Shown here piece after piece: positions 10,226 through 19,915 of a stretch of DNA of 64,000 bases. The stretch lies in NCBI GenBank assembly GCA_965204915.1, contig OZ242023.1:1138840-1202839 (forward strand), read 5' to 3'. Under the pieces are notes generated by a model that did no database searches, was not told the origin of the DNA, and saw only the letters and a program-made list of their open reading frames with translations. The translations under genes were made by a program, and so were the position numbers. Origin of the DNA: Gammaproteobacteria bacterium (lineage in GTDB: Bacteria; Pseudomonadota; Gammaproteobacteria; HK1). Within the stretch, counting starts at the first letter, position 1. Each line of letters begins with the position of its first letter.

Positions 10226-10469
10226 CGTAGCGCGGCTCCGGCCGCCGAACCGGGGAGAGGCGGCTCGGGCGAACGCCGATCGCGCCGGCGGCGGGCGTGC
10301 CGGGACGGCTTCGCCACCGCTCTGCTTGCGTGATCGAACAGTGCTTCCCGCACCTGCCGGACGAGGCGCCGCTTCCGCCGCGAGGGACGTCCCCGAAGCC
10401 CATCCGTCTACGCACCGCGTACCGCGGGCATCCCCGGCATCCGGACCATCGGCCGGCCCTCCCGGCCAC

Positions 10470-11783
10470 TCACCCCCGAACGCATCCCACTTGGCGTAGC
10501 GCCTCGCCGATGACCGCCGCATCGTCGCGACGTGCCGCCTCGGTACTCAGGTGCCGCCGCCAGCGGCGCGCGCCGCTCGTCGCGTGGAACAGCCCGAGCA
10601 TGTGGCGGGTGACGTGGTGGAGCCGCGCCCCGCGTTCGACCGCCCGGCGCGCGTACGTGAGCATGTGCCCGGCGACCTCCATGCGGTCCGGCGTCGTTGC
10701 CGTGCCGGCGCCGAACATCCGGCGATCCGCATCCGCGAGCGCGAAGGGGTTGCGGTACGCCTCGCGGCCCATCATGGAGCCGTCCACCCGCCGGTTGTGG
10801 GCGACGGCCTCGTCGAGCGAGGTGATGCCTCCGTTGACGATGACCTCCAGCGCGGGAAAGTCCGCCTTCAGCCTGTACACCACGTCGTAGCGCAGCGGCG
10901 GGATCTCACGGTTCTCCTTCGGGCTCAAGCCGGAGAGCCATGCCTTGCGGGCGTGCACGATGACGGTCCGGCACCCGGCCGCGGTGACGGTGTCGACGAA
11001 CCCGGCGAGATCTTCGTAGCGGTCCCGGTCGTCGATGCCGATGCGCGTCTTCACCGTCACCGGGAGGCCGCCGGCCGACGCCATGGCCTCCACGCAACGC
11101 GCCACCACCTCGGGTTCCGCCATCAGGCAGGCGCCGAACCGTCCGTTGCGCACGCGGTCGCTCGGGCAGCCGACGTTCAGGTTGACCTCGTCGAACCCGC
11201 GGTCCGCCGCGAAGCGGGCGCATCGGGCCAGCTCGGCGGGGTCGCTGCCGCCGAGCTGAAGGGCGATGGGGTGCTCTTCTTCCGAGAAGTCGAGCAGGTG
11301 GTCGCGCCGCCCGTGCACGAGCGCCGCGCTCGTCACCATCTCGGTGTAGAGCAGGGTATGCCGGGTGACGAGGCGGATCAGGTACCGGAAGTGCCGGTCC
11401 GTGCAGTCCATCATCGGCGCCACGCTGAGCCGGCGGTCGAGCGGAGATCCGTCCGGAACGAATCGCCCGCCGGCCGCGGTTCCGGGTTGTGCGCCACGAT
11501 CGGGGACGTGAACCGGCGCCACCGGCGAACCGCCGGGGCCTGTTCCACCGCCGGGGACGCGGACTGGTGCGGCCGGCGAGCCCCCGGTTCCGTCCGGAGC
11601 AGGGCGTTGCGGCGTCACGCGACCGGCAGGGAGGCGGCGGGTCCCGCCCTCGGGTTCGTCCCGGACAGGACTTTGCGGCATCACGTGACCGGAAGGGAGG
11701 CGGCGAGCTCCGTCCTCGGGGCCGTCCTGGGCACGGCGTTGCGGCGTGACCGCGGGCTTTACGTCGTGCGGATGCCGAATCAT
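10470..11783 (-). CDS. dusA: tRNA dihydrouridine(20/20a) synthase DusA with a long low-complexity N-terminal extension (start uncertain)
   Basis: SVAPMMDCTDRHFRY, QLGGSDP, NLNVGCPSDRV, VKTRIG, HARKAWLSGLSPKENR. Confidence 0.92.
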   Translation of the reverse strand: MIRHPHDVKPAVTPQRRAQDGPEDGARRLPSGHVMPQSPVRDEPEGGTRRLPAGRVTPQRPAPDGTGGSPAAPVRVPGGGTGPGGSPVAPVHVPDRGAQPGTAAGGRFVPDGSPLDRRLSVAPMMDCTDRHFRYLIRLVTRHTLLYTEMVTSAALVHGRRDHLLDFSEEEHPIALQLGGSDPAELARCARFAADRGFDEVNLNVGCPSDRVRNGRFGACLMAEPEVVARCVEAMASAGGLPVTVKTRIGIDDRDRYEDLAGFVDTVTAAGCRTVIVHARKAWLSGLSPKENREIPPLRYDVVYRLKADFPALEVIVNGGITSLDEAVAHNRRVDGSMMGREAYRNPFALADADRRMFGAGTATTPDRMEVAGHMLTYARRAVERGARLHHVTRHMLGLFHATSGARRWRRHLSTEAARRDDAAVIGEALRQVGCVRG

Positions 11784-11825
11784 CTTCCTCTCCGGTGACC
11801 GGCCGCGAGCGCCGCTTCATCCTTC

Positions 11826-11994
11826 CTTGAGTTTCGGGATTCAAAATACCTTGAATCAGGCGATGGATTCCCGCTTTCGTGGGCACAAGCTTCGCGGGAA
11901 TGACGGTCAGCCTGAAAGTAACGTGTCTCGCTGAAATGACGTCATTCCCGCGAAAGCGGGAATCCATTTCGGTCAGCGAATCCCGAAACTCGAG
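11826..11994. mobile_element. MITE copy 1 (169 bp), 17-bp terminal inverted repeats, 7-bp target duplication, internal REP doublet
   Basis: Left CTTGAGTTTCGGGATTC, right GAATCCCGAAACTCGAG; ATCCTTC at 11819-11825 and 11995-12001; homolog at 41768-41943. Confidence 0.8.
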
Positions 11995-12174
11995 ATCCTT
12001 CGACGGGACTCTACCCGGGCCGGCGCCGCTCATGCACGCGCCAGCGGTCGCCGCTCTGTCCGTCCACGGTGCTGATCCGGGCACCCGCGATTCCGCGTAG
12101 CGGAATCGCCAAGCGACCGCGGCAGCGGTCGCCGCTCTGCTACCCTGCCGCGCGTCCACGGGGAGGTCCGGCGG

Positions 12175-13515
12175 TTGGCGGAGCCACGTTCATCGGGGCG
12201 CGTGGCGGAGCCGCTCCGCCGCGATGCGTTTCCCGGACTGATGATCGGCGTGATGCTGGTGGCGTCGATCGCGCACGGGCTGGCGCCCGTGGTTCCGCGG
12301 GAGATCGGGGTGCTGGCCGCCTGGGTCGCGGGGTGCGCGGTGTGGGGCCGGTTGCCGCGCCGGGCCCGGATCCAGGTCGGGGCGATGCTCGGGCTCGGCC
12401 TGGGCTGCATCGTGGCGGTGGCCGCTCGCGGCGCCGAAGTCGAATGGGGGGACGTGGCGGGACGTTCGCTGCCGATCCTCACCCTGCTCGCCGGGACCGC
12501 GTTCCTCCGCCTCGTCTGGCGTGCCGGGATCGGAGGCGGTGACGACTCCGCCGCGCCGCGCGGGACCGGCGCGTACCTGCGCACGATGGCGGGGGTGCAC
12601 CTGTTCGGCGCCGTCATCAACATCTCCGCCCTGGTGGTGTTCGCGGATCGCATCGCCCGGTCTGCGCCCCTCGGCCGCCGCGAGGTCGTGATGCTCGGCC
12701 GCTCGTACTCGATGGTCGCCTACTACTCGCCGTTCATCGGCGGCGTCGCCCTTGCGCTGGGTCTCGTGCCGGGGGTGCGTTTCCCGGTGCTGGTGCTGGC
12801 CGGGGTTGCCCTCTCATGCGTGGGCTTCCTCGTGGCCGCCCTCCTCGGCCGTCTCGAAGAGGGCGAGGCGATCGCCGGGTTCCAGGGCTATCCCTTTCGC
12901 GCCGACGGTCTCTGGCAGCCGGTCGCCCTGCTCGGCTCGGTGGCGGCCGTGCACTGGACATGGCCGTCGCTGCCGGTGCTGCTGGTGATCGCGCTGCTGG
13001 CGCCGCTGCTCGCCGCGGCGGCGCTCCTGGTGCGGTCCGGCGCCGCCGGCGCGGTGCGGACGGTGGCGCGCTTCACGGTGACCGAGCTTCCCGGCATGAG
13101 CGGCGAGCTGACCCTCTTCCTCGCCGCCGGGGTGCTGGGAGGGGGGCTCACCGGCCTGGTCTCCGCGTATCCATCCGCGATACCGGCGTTCCCGCTCACC
13201 ACCGTGACCGCCACCGCGGCCCTCGCCGGCATCGTGGTCCTCGCCGCGGCCGGCGTGCATCCGCTGGTGTCGGTCACCACCCTCGTCGCGGTGGCCTTGC
13301 CGGCGTCACCCGATCCGACCCTGCTGGCGGCGGTATGCATCGTCGGATGGGGCATCGGCTCGGCCGTGAGCCCGTATTCCGGTATCAACCTGGTGCTGGC
13401 GGCGCGTTGCGGCGTATCGAGCTGGGTGTTCCCGCGCTGGAACGCGATGTTCTGCACGATCATGGTGCTCGCGGCAGGGCTGGTGTTCGCGGGGTATGCT
13501 GCGCTGACGCGGTGA
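12175..13515 (+). CDS. Multi-pass membrane protein, probable transporter; start uncertain
   Basis: About 12 hydrophobic segments; no family motif recognised. Confidence 0.6.
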   Translation: MAEPRSSGRVAEPLRRDAFPGLMIGVMLVASIAHGLAPVVPREIGVLAAWVAGCAVWGRLPRRARIQVGAMLGLGLGCIVAVAARGAEVEWGDVAGRSLPILTLLAGTAFLRLVWRAGIGGGDDSAAPRGTGAYLRTMAGVHLFGAVINISALVVFADRIARSAPLGRREVVMLGRSYSMVAYYSPFIGGVALALGLVPGVRFPVLVLAGVALSCVGFLVAALLGRLEEGEAIAGFQGYPFRADGLWQPVALLGSVAAVHWTWPSLPVLLVIALLAPLLAAAALLVRSGAAGAVRTVARFTVTELPGMSGELTLFLAAGVLGGGLTGLVSAYPSAIPAFPLTTVTATAALAGIVVLAAAGVHPLVSVTTLVAVALPASPDPTLLAAVCIVGWGIGSAVSPYSGINLVLAARCGVSSWVFPRWNAMFCTIMVLAAGLVFAGYAALTR

Positions 13516-13632
13516 TCACGGGCAACGGGAGCCGCCGGGGCACGGACCCGGTGCGGCATCGACGATGAGCGGTCGGGATGCTGCCGCGCTTCCGTATGAG
13601 GATCGAGGACGGAGAGCGGGAGCCGGCGGGGC

Positions 13633-15012
13633 ATGGGTGATATGCAAGAGCTGTTGACGGAGACGGTCCGGCGCACGGTCCGGTTCCTCGAATCCCTCCC
13701 CGAGCGCCGGGTCGCCGCGTCTCGCGAGGCAAGCGAGCTCGTGCCGGCGCTCGGCGGAGCGCTGCCGCACCACGGGATGCCCGCATCGGAGATCCTCGCG
13801 CGGCTGGACGAGATCGGCGGTCAGGGGGTGGTGGCGAGCGCCGGGCCGCGCTACTTCGGCTTCGTCACCGGCGGCGTTCTGCCGGCCTCGCTGGCCGCGA
13901 GCTGGCTCGCGGCGGCCTGGGACCAGAACGCCTTCAGCGAGGTGAGCTCACCGATCGGCGCCGCGATCGAGCGGGTGGCGATGCGTTGGGTGATCGAGAT
14001 CCTCGACCTGCCGGCGGACGCGGGCGCCGCGTTCGTCACCGGCGCGACCATGGCCAACTTCACCGCGCTCGCGGCGGCCCGGCGCGCGGTGTTGCTCGCG
14101 CACGGCCACGACGTGGATCGGGACGGGCTGGGTGCGGCGCCGGAGATCACCGTGGTGGCCGGCGAGCAGGCCCACGCCACGCTGTTCAAGGCGCTGGGCA
14201 TGCTCGGCCTCGGGCGCGGGCGGGTCGTCCTGGCGCCGGTCGACGGACAGGGCCGCATGCGTGCCGATGCGCTTCCCGCCCTGAACGGTCCCGCCATCGT
14301 GTGCACCCAGGCGGGGAACGTGAACACCGGAGCGTTCGATCCGGTGGGCGCGGTATGCGACGCGGTGCGCGCGGGCGACGTATGGATCCACGTGGACGGC
14401 GCCTTCGGCCTGTGGGCGAGGGCGTCGGGCCGGCTCGCGGCGCCGGCGGCCGGCGTCGAGCACGCCGACTCGTGGGCGACCGACGCGCATAAATGGCTCA
14501 ACGTCCCCTACGACAGCGGACTCGCCATCGTACGCGACGCCGGGATGCTGCGCGGCGCGATGTCGGTGCAGGCGGAGTACCTTCCCGACCGGACGAGCCG
14601 GGATCCGTTCGAGTTCACGCCGGAGACCAGCCGCCGCATGCGCGGCCTGGAGGTCTGGGCGGCGGTGGCGTCGCTGGGCCGCGACGGCATCGAGGAGCTG
14701 GTGGAGCGCAACTGCCGCCAGGCCCGGCGGTTCGCGGCCGGACTGCGTGACGCCGGCTGCGAGGTCCTCAACGACGTGGTGCTCAACCAGGTGCTCGTCG
14801 CGTTCGGGGACGATCGGGCCACCACCGAAGTGATCCGCGGCGTGCAGCGCGAGGGCACCTGCTGGTGCGGGGGGACGCGCTGGAACGGCCGCGCCGCGAT
14901 GCGGATCAGCGTCTCCTCGTGGGCGACCACCGATGACGACGTGGAGCGGAGCCTCGCCGCGATCCTCCGCGTCGCGGGCGACGTGCGCGGAGCGGGTCGG
15001 GCCGGACGGTGA
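13633..15012 (+). CDS. Group II PLP-dependent decarboxylase (aromatic amino acid/glutamate decarboxylase family)
   Basis: PRYFGFVTGG, FVTGATMANF, WIHVDGAFG, WATDAHKWLNVPY (PLP lysine). Confidence 0.92.
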   Translation: MGDMQELLTETVRRTVRFLESLPERRVAASREASELVPALGGALPHHGMPASEILARLDEIGGQGVVASAGPRYFGFVTGGVLPASLAASWLAAAWDQNAFSEVSSPIGAAIERVAMRWVIEILDLPADAGAAFVTGATMANFTALAAARRAVLLAHGHDVDRDGLGAAPEITVVAGEQAHATLFKALGMLGLGRGRVVLAPVDGQGRMRADALPALNGPAIVCTQAGNVNTGAFDPVGAVCDAVRAGDVWIHVDGAFGLWARASGRLAAPAAGVEHADSWATDAHKWLNVPYDSGLAIVRDAGMLRGAMSVQAEYLPDRTSRDPFEFTPETSRRMRGLEVWAAVASLGRDGIEELVERNCRQARRFAAGLRDAGCEVLNDVVLNQVLVAFGDDRATTEVIRGVQREGTCWCGGTRWNGRAAMRISVSSWATTDDDVERSLAAILRVAGDVRGAGRAGR

Positions 15013-15097
15013 CCGTGGTCGGCGGCCGGCGCGGGGAATCGACCGCCGCCTCCGGAGGGCGGGGTTCCGGTTTCGTCCGGTCGGACGGGCTCCGCAA

Positions 15098-15844
15098 TCA
15101 CGCCGCCGGCAGCACGTAGTCGATTCGGAACGTCTCCCGGATCACGTGCGCGACAGGCGCGCTGCCGCCGGCCATGCCCTGGCCGAGGCCGGCCCACCGC
15201 GCCTGCCAGTCCCCGGATTCCGCCACCTCGGGCCGCGCGCATTCCGCGAGCAGCAGATAGCGTTGCGAGCCCGGCCCACCCTCGTAGATGCCGCGTTCGG
15301 TCGTCTCGATGCCGGAGATGGCGGCGTCGATTCCGTAGAGCTTCACGCGGCCGACCTGGGGCAAGGCGGTCCATCCGGGAAGCAGATCGTCCCGGATCGA
15401 CGTCCGCAGCTCGTCCGCCGCCGCCGGCGCGAGGTCGAAACGGATGGACACCAGATAGGGCGACTCGCGCAAGGAGGTGTCGCCATGCGCGGCGATCAGC
15501 GTGTAGACGTTGCGCGAAGGTCGGCGGAAATGGCCGAGCGACTCCCTGGTCCATGGCGTTGGGTCGTCGAGCCGTTCCAGGTAGCCGTCGCTGCCGAGGA
15601 CACCCGCGTTCTCGGTGAGGTACGTCATCAGATACCAGGGAGCATCGCCGACGTCCCGATAGCGGCGGCCCTCCCGAAACCCCGGCACCGACACCCGTTC
15701 CGGCATGTGCTCGCAGTTGTGCCACTCCAGGAACCGCATCTCGTAGTCCGCATCGATTTCGGCCCAGAACGCCATCAGGCCGGCGGGCTCCGCAGGTGTC
15801 ATGGTCTTGTCTCCATCCATCGGCAGGAGCTTGCGTTTCGTCAT
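15098..15844 (-). CDS. Dimeric alpha/beta-barrel protein (DUF4286/EthD-like, tandem domains)
   Basis: FLEWHNCEHMPERVSVPGFREGRRY pattern repeated degenerately in the C-terminal half. Confidence 0.55.
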   Translation of the reverse strand: MTKRKLLPMDGDKTMTPAEPAGLMAFWAEIDADYEMRFLEWHNCEHMPERVSVPGFREGRRYRDVGDAPWYLMTYLTENAGVLGSDGYLERLDDPTPWTRESLGHFRRPSRNVYTLIAAHGDTSLRESPYLVSIRFDLAPAAADELRTSIRDDLLPGWTALPQVGRVKLYGIDAAISGIETTERGIYEGGPGSQRYLLLAECARPEVAESGDWQARWAGLGQGMAGGSAPVAHVIRETFRIDYVLPAA

Positions 15845-15980
15845 GAGCGCACGATAGCCCGCGTATCATGGACGGTCAAAGCCGGCCGGGACGTTGCTGC
15901 CGTCGTGCCGCGGCATGGGGTACGGGGCCGCCGTCACGAGGCAGTGATGGAAGGCGTGGCAAAGTGGAGCGGCGCGCGCG

Positions 15981-18900
15981 ATGAAGCTGCATCATTCGAA
16001 CCGGATGGAGGCGCTGGCGGGCGCGCTTGCCCGCCTCATGCGTGCGGAGCCCGGCGATCCCTTCGCCCCGGAGAGGGTCGTCGTGCCGCATCCCACCATC
16101 GGACGCTGGCTCTCGCTGGAGCTCGCGCACGCGCTCGGCATCGCGGCCAACGTCCGTTTCGAACAGCCGGCGGAGTTCGCCTGGTCGCTCATGCGCGAGG
16201 CGGTGCCGGACCTTCCCCGGGAGTCGGCGTATACCCCGGCGCGGCTGCGGTGGCGTATCCACGACGTGTTGCCGGAGCTGGCGGAGGGGCCGGCACGCGC
16301 GGTGCGGGGCTACCTCGGGGACGGAGACCCGCGCAAGCGCTTCGAGCTCGCGGACCGCCTCGCCCGGGTCTTCGACCGCTGCCTGCTCTACCGCCCGGAC
16401 TGGATCCGGGAATGGGAGCGCGGGGCGGCCCCGCACTGGCAGGCGCGGCTATGGCAGCGCTTGGTCGGGGAAGGGCGGGAAGCCGCGGCAGGCCACTGGG
16501 TCGCGGCCATCGACGCCTTCCGGGAACGGCTTGCCGCCGGCGTCCGCCCCCCCGGCTGGCCCCGTCGCGCGGCTTTCTTCGCGGTGTCCTCCTTCTCGCC
16601 CTCGTACCTCGACGTGCTGCGCCGGGCCGCGGAGGGGATCGAGATCCACCTGTTCATGCTCGTCCCGTGCCGGGAGTACTGGGGCGACATCCGCTCGCGG
16701 CGCGAGATCGCCCGTCGGGACGGAGGCGGTGATCCCGATGCGGGCTACTTCACCGAGGGCAACGAGCTGCTGGCGGCGTGGGGGCGGGCGGGGCGCGATA
16801 CGTTCGACGCTCTCGTCGAGGGCGAGAGCGTGGAGTGGGAGGAGCACTTCGTGCCGCCGGACGGCGCCTGCCGGCTCGCCGCGGTGCAGCGGGACGTCCT
16901 CGACCTCCGCCTCGCAAGCGAGGCGGCGCTCGCGAGCGAGGGGGCGGAGGCCGAAGCGGCGCCGGAGGACGTTCCATCGGCCTGCGCGGCAGGAGTGGTA
17001 GCGCCGGCAGGGGCGCCCTCCGACGATTCGCTCCGGATCCACGTCTGCCACTCTCCCTTGCGCGAGGCCGAGATCCTGCACGACCAGCTTCTCGCCCTCT
17101 TCGACGCCCACCCGGACCTCGAGCCGGCCGACGTCCTCGTGCTGACCCCGGACCTCGCGGTCTACGGACCCGCCGTCGAGGCGGTGTTCGGCGCGGCGGG
17201 ACGCATCCCCTGCCACGTCGCCGCACGGGGAGGGGAGTCGCGCACCCTGCGCGCGTTCCTCGACCTGCTCGATCTGCCGGGCTCGCGCCTGGCGGCGGAA
17301 GCGGTCCTCGCGCCGCTCGACGCGCCAGCGGTCCGGGCCAGATTCGGGATCGGCGAGGGTGACCTTCCCGCCCTGCGCGGACTGGTCCGGGAAGCCGGAA
17401 TCCGCTGGGGCGCGGACCAGGCCCACCGGGGGGCGGAGGGGCTGCCGGAAACGGCCGGCCATACGTGGCGGCAGGGGCTGCGCCGCCTCCTGCTTGGGTA
17501 CGCGATGCCGGACGCGGACGCACTCGTCGAAGGGCTCGTGCCCTGTCCGGCCGGGGCGGACGGATTCGGCGCCGGAGAGGTGGACGCCGAGCGGCTCGGC
17601 CGCTTCGTCTCGTACTGCGAGGAGGCGATCGGGCTGGGCGCCCGGCTCGCCGGGGAGCGCCGGCCGTTGGAGTGGGCGGGGGTGCTCCGGGGCGTGGTCA
17701 ACCGTTTCCTCGCGGATGGTCCCGGCCCCGCGCACGGGGCCGCTCCCGCACGCGGGGGTGCCGGGATCTTGGGGACCGCTGGGAGGGGTGGGGGGACCAG
17801 GACCGCCGGGGGGATCGGAGACCGGCGCTTCGCGAGGGAGCCGGCAGGTGAGGTCGACGCGGTGCGCGCACTCGTCCGGGACTTCGGGCACGAGGCCGGG
17901 CACGGCGAATCGCCGGTGCCGTTCGCGCTCGTGCGTGACGTCCTGCGCGAGCGGGCGCGCGACGTCTCCGGCGAGCCCGCGCGACTCGCCGACGGGGTGA
18001 CGGTGGCGGGCCTCGCACCCGGCCGCGTGTTCCCGGCCGCGGTGGTCTGCGTCGCCGGCATGAACGACGGAGCCTTCCCCCGCACTCCCTCGTATCCCTC
18101 TTTCGACCTGATGGCCGCCGGTCCCGCCCGCCGGGGCGACCGGGACGAACGGCACGAAGACCGGTTCGCGTTCCTGGAAGCGCTCCTCGCGGCCCGCCGC
18201 TGCTTCCTGGTGAGCTACACCGGACGCGGCCTGCGCGACGACGCCCCGATCCCGCCCTCGGTGCTGGTGGACGAGCTGAAGGACTACCTCGCGCTGCGTT
18301 TCCCGGGCGCCGCGATCGAGACCCGGCATCCCTTGCAGCCGTTCAGCCCGCGTTACTTCCTGGGCGGCCCGCCGCCGGCGCCAAGGGAGGCGGCAGGCGT
18401 CGCGGGCGAAGCCGCGCACCCTCCGGCGGACGGAGCGGTGGAAGGAGGCGGTGACGGGGCGATGCGGCCGGTGAATGGAGCGGCGGATGGAACGCCGGGC
18501 GGCCGTTCGCCGAAAGGCGAAGGGCTGTTCAGCTACTCCCGCGGCATGTGCGAGGCGGCGCGGGCGATGCTGGTCGGGGAGCAGGACCCCGCCCGACCCG
18601 GACGCTTCGCGCGGCCCCTGCCCGAGCCCGACGAGTCCCGGCGGGTCGTCGATCCGGCCGAGCTGGTCTCGTTCTTCGCTCATCCCGCCCGCTTCTTCCT
18701 CCGCCACCGGCTCGGCGTGCGGCTGGAAGTCGAGGACGCCACCCTCGACGAGGAGGAGCCCTTCGAGCTCGACGGCCTGGAACGGTATCAACTCCGGTCG
18801 GAGGTCTGGTCCCGGATGCGGGCGGGGGCTGCCCCCGAGCGGACGGAGGCGCTGATGTCGGGCCGCGGACGGCTCCCCCAGGCCGGTCTCGGGCGCGTCG

Positions 18901-19559
18901 TCCACGAGCGCGAGTGGCAGGAGGCGCAGCAGCTCGAGAAGCAGCTTGCCCCATACCGTGCGGCGCTGGACGCCCCCCCGCGCGAAGTGGACTTCGAGAT
19001 CGGCGGATTCCGGGTCGTGGGCGCTCTGGAGCGCATCGGCCCGGACGGGACGATGGCGTGGCCGCGGCTCGGCCGGCTTCGCGCGCGGGACCGGATCGAA
19101 ATCTGGCTGCGCCTGCTCGCATGGGCCGCGGCGGGCAACCGTCCGGTGGACGCCGTGGGCATCTCACGGGAGCGCAAGGGGAAGCAATACTCGTGGAAGT
19201 CCGAGCCGTTCCCGGCCCCCGAGCGCGCAGGGGAGCAGATCGAACGCTGGCTTCGCGCCTGGTGGCGGGGCCTCGCGGCGCCGCTTCCCTTCTACCCCGA
19301 GACCTCGTACGCCTACGCCCACGGGATCGCACTGCCTGGAAAAGTCGCCGGCGAGGCCGTGCAGGAGGCGGCCCTGGCCAAGGCTATGGACAAGTGGATC
19401 GGGAACGGCCACCAGTGGGGGGAAGGGGACGATCCCTGTCTCCGCCTCGTCCACGACGGCGAGTCTCCGCTCACCTCCGAGTTCGAGGACCTCGCGGTCG
19501 AGCTTCTCGTACCCCTCATCGATCCGCCCGAGGGCGGTCCGGCCCCCGCCGGTGAATAG
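15981..19559 (+). CDS. recC: Exodeoxyribonuclease V gamma subunit RecC, with low-complexity insertions
   Basis: HHSNRMEALA, VVPHPTIGRWL, GNELLAAWG, HVCHSPLREAEILHD, GMNDGAFPR, HPLQPFSPRYF. Confidence 0.93.
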   Translation: MKLHHSNRMEALAGALARLMRAEPGDPFAPERVVVPHPTIGRWLSLELAHALGIAANVRFEQPAEFAWSLMREAVPDLPRESAYTPARLRWRIHDVLPELAEGPARAVRGYLGDGDPRKRFELADRLARVFDRCLLYRPDWIREWERGAAPHWQARLWQRLVGEGREAAAGHWVAAIDAFRERLAAGVRPPGWPRRAAFFAVSSFSPSYLDVLRRAAEGIEIHLFMLVPCREYWGDIRSRREIARRDGGGDPDAGYFTEGNELLAAWGRAGRDTFDALVEGESVEWEEHFVPPDGACRLAAVQRDVLDLRLASEAALASEGAEAEAAPEDVPSACAAGVVAPAGAPSDDSLRIHVCHSPLREAEILHDQLLALFDAHPDLEPADVLVLTPDLAVYGPAVEAVFGAAGRIPCHVAARGGESRTLRAFLDLLDLPGSRLAAEAVLAPLDAPAVRARFGIGEGDLPALRGLVREAGIRWGADQAHRGAEGLPETAGHTWRQGLRRLLLGYAMPDADALVEGLVPCPAGADGFGAGEVDAERLGRFVSYCEEAIGLGARLAGERRPLEWAGVLRGVVNRFLADGPGPAHGAAPARGGAGILGTAGRGGGTRTAGGIGDRRFAREPAGEVDAVRALVRDFGHEAGHGESPVPFALVRDVLRERARDVSGEPARLADGVTVAGLAPGRVFPAAVVCVAGMNDGAFPRTPSYPSFDLMAAGPARRGDRDERHEDRFAFLEALLAARRCFLVSYTGRGLRDDAPIPPSVLVDELKDYLALRFPGAAIETRHPLQPFSPRYFLGGPPPAPREAAGVAGEAAHPPADGAVEGGGDGAMRPVNGAADGTPGGRSPKGEGLFSYSRGMCEAARAMLVGEQDPARPGRFARPLPEPDESRRVVDPAELVSFFAHPARFFLRHRLGVRLEVEDATLDEEEPFELDGLERYQLRSEVWSRMRAGAAPERTEALMSGRGRLPQAGLGRVVHEREWQEAQQLEKQLAPYRAALDAPPREVDFEIGGFRVVGALERIGPDGTMAWPRLGRLRARDRIEIWLRLLAWAAAGNRPVDAVGISRERKGKQYSWKSEPFPAPERAGEQIERWLRAWWRGLAAPLPFYPETSYAYAHGIALPGKVAGEAVQEAALAKAMDKWIGNGHQWGEGDDPCLRLVHDGESPLTSEFEDLAVELLVPLIDPPEGGPAPAGE

Positions 19560-19600
19560 CGCACCGCCCGTCGGCGGGCTGGCCGGCGTCGCGAATGCCC

Positions 19601-19692
19601 GTCATTCCCCGTCATCCTCGCGAAAGCGGGGAGAAAGCGGGAATCCACTTCAATCACAAGGGCCCCTGGATTCCCGCTTTCGCGGGAATGAC
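19601..19692. repeat. REP doublet (GTCATTCCCGCGAAAGCGGGAATCC family), left arm with a nested partial copy
   Basis: gtcattcccc-gtcatcctcgcgaaagcgggga-gaaagcgggaatcc ... ggattcccgctttcgcgggaatgac between recC and recB. Confidence 0.8.
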
Positions 19693-19696
19693 GGAT

Positions 19697-19808
19697 TGTG
19701 TTCGCGGAAGTCTGTGTTCGCGGAAGTCTGTGTTCGCGAAAGCCCGCGCCCGCGAAAGCCTGCGCCTGCGAAAGCCTGTGCCCGCGAAAGCCTGTGCCCG
19801 CGAAAATC
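19697..19808. repeat. Seven degenerate 16-bp tandem repeats
   Basis: tgtgttcgcggaagtc x2, tgtgttcgcgaaagcc, cgcgcccgcgaaagcc, tgcgcctgcgaaagcc, tgtgcccgcgaaagcc, tgtgcccgcgaaaatc. Confidence 0.85.
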
Positions 19809-19915
19809 GCCTGTTGACGAGCTGATCGAGGCCGCCCGCGATTCCGCTGTGCGGAATTGCCAAGCTCCCGCGCCGGCGGTCGCCGGGCGTCCTCCGCAGC
19901 GACGTTCGGTGAGCC

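Noticed and set aside
11783-12175. dusA-associated integrative element
   Set aside because: No tyrosine recombinase or duplicated dusA 5' end; only the MITE is present
19697-19808. Possible CRISPR array
   Set aside because: Units are contiguous 16-mers with no unique spacers, and there are no cas genes; the 66-bp and 132-bp repeats are in-frame coding repeats
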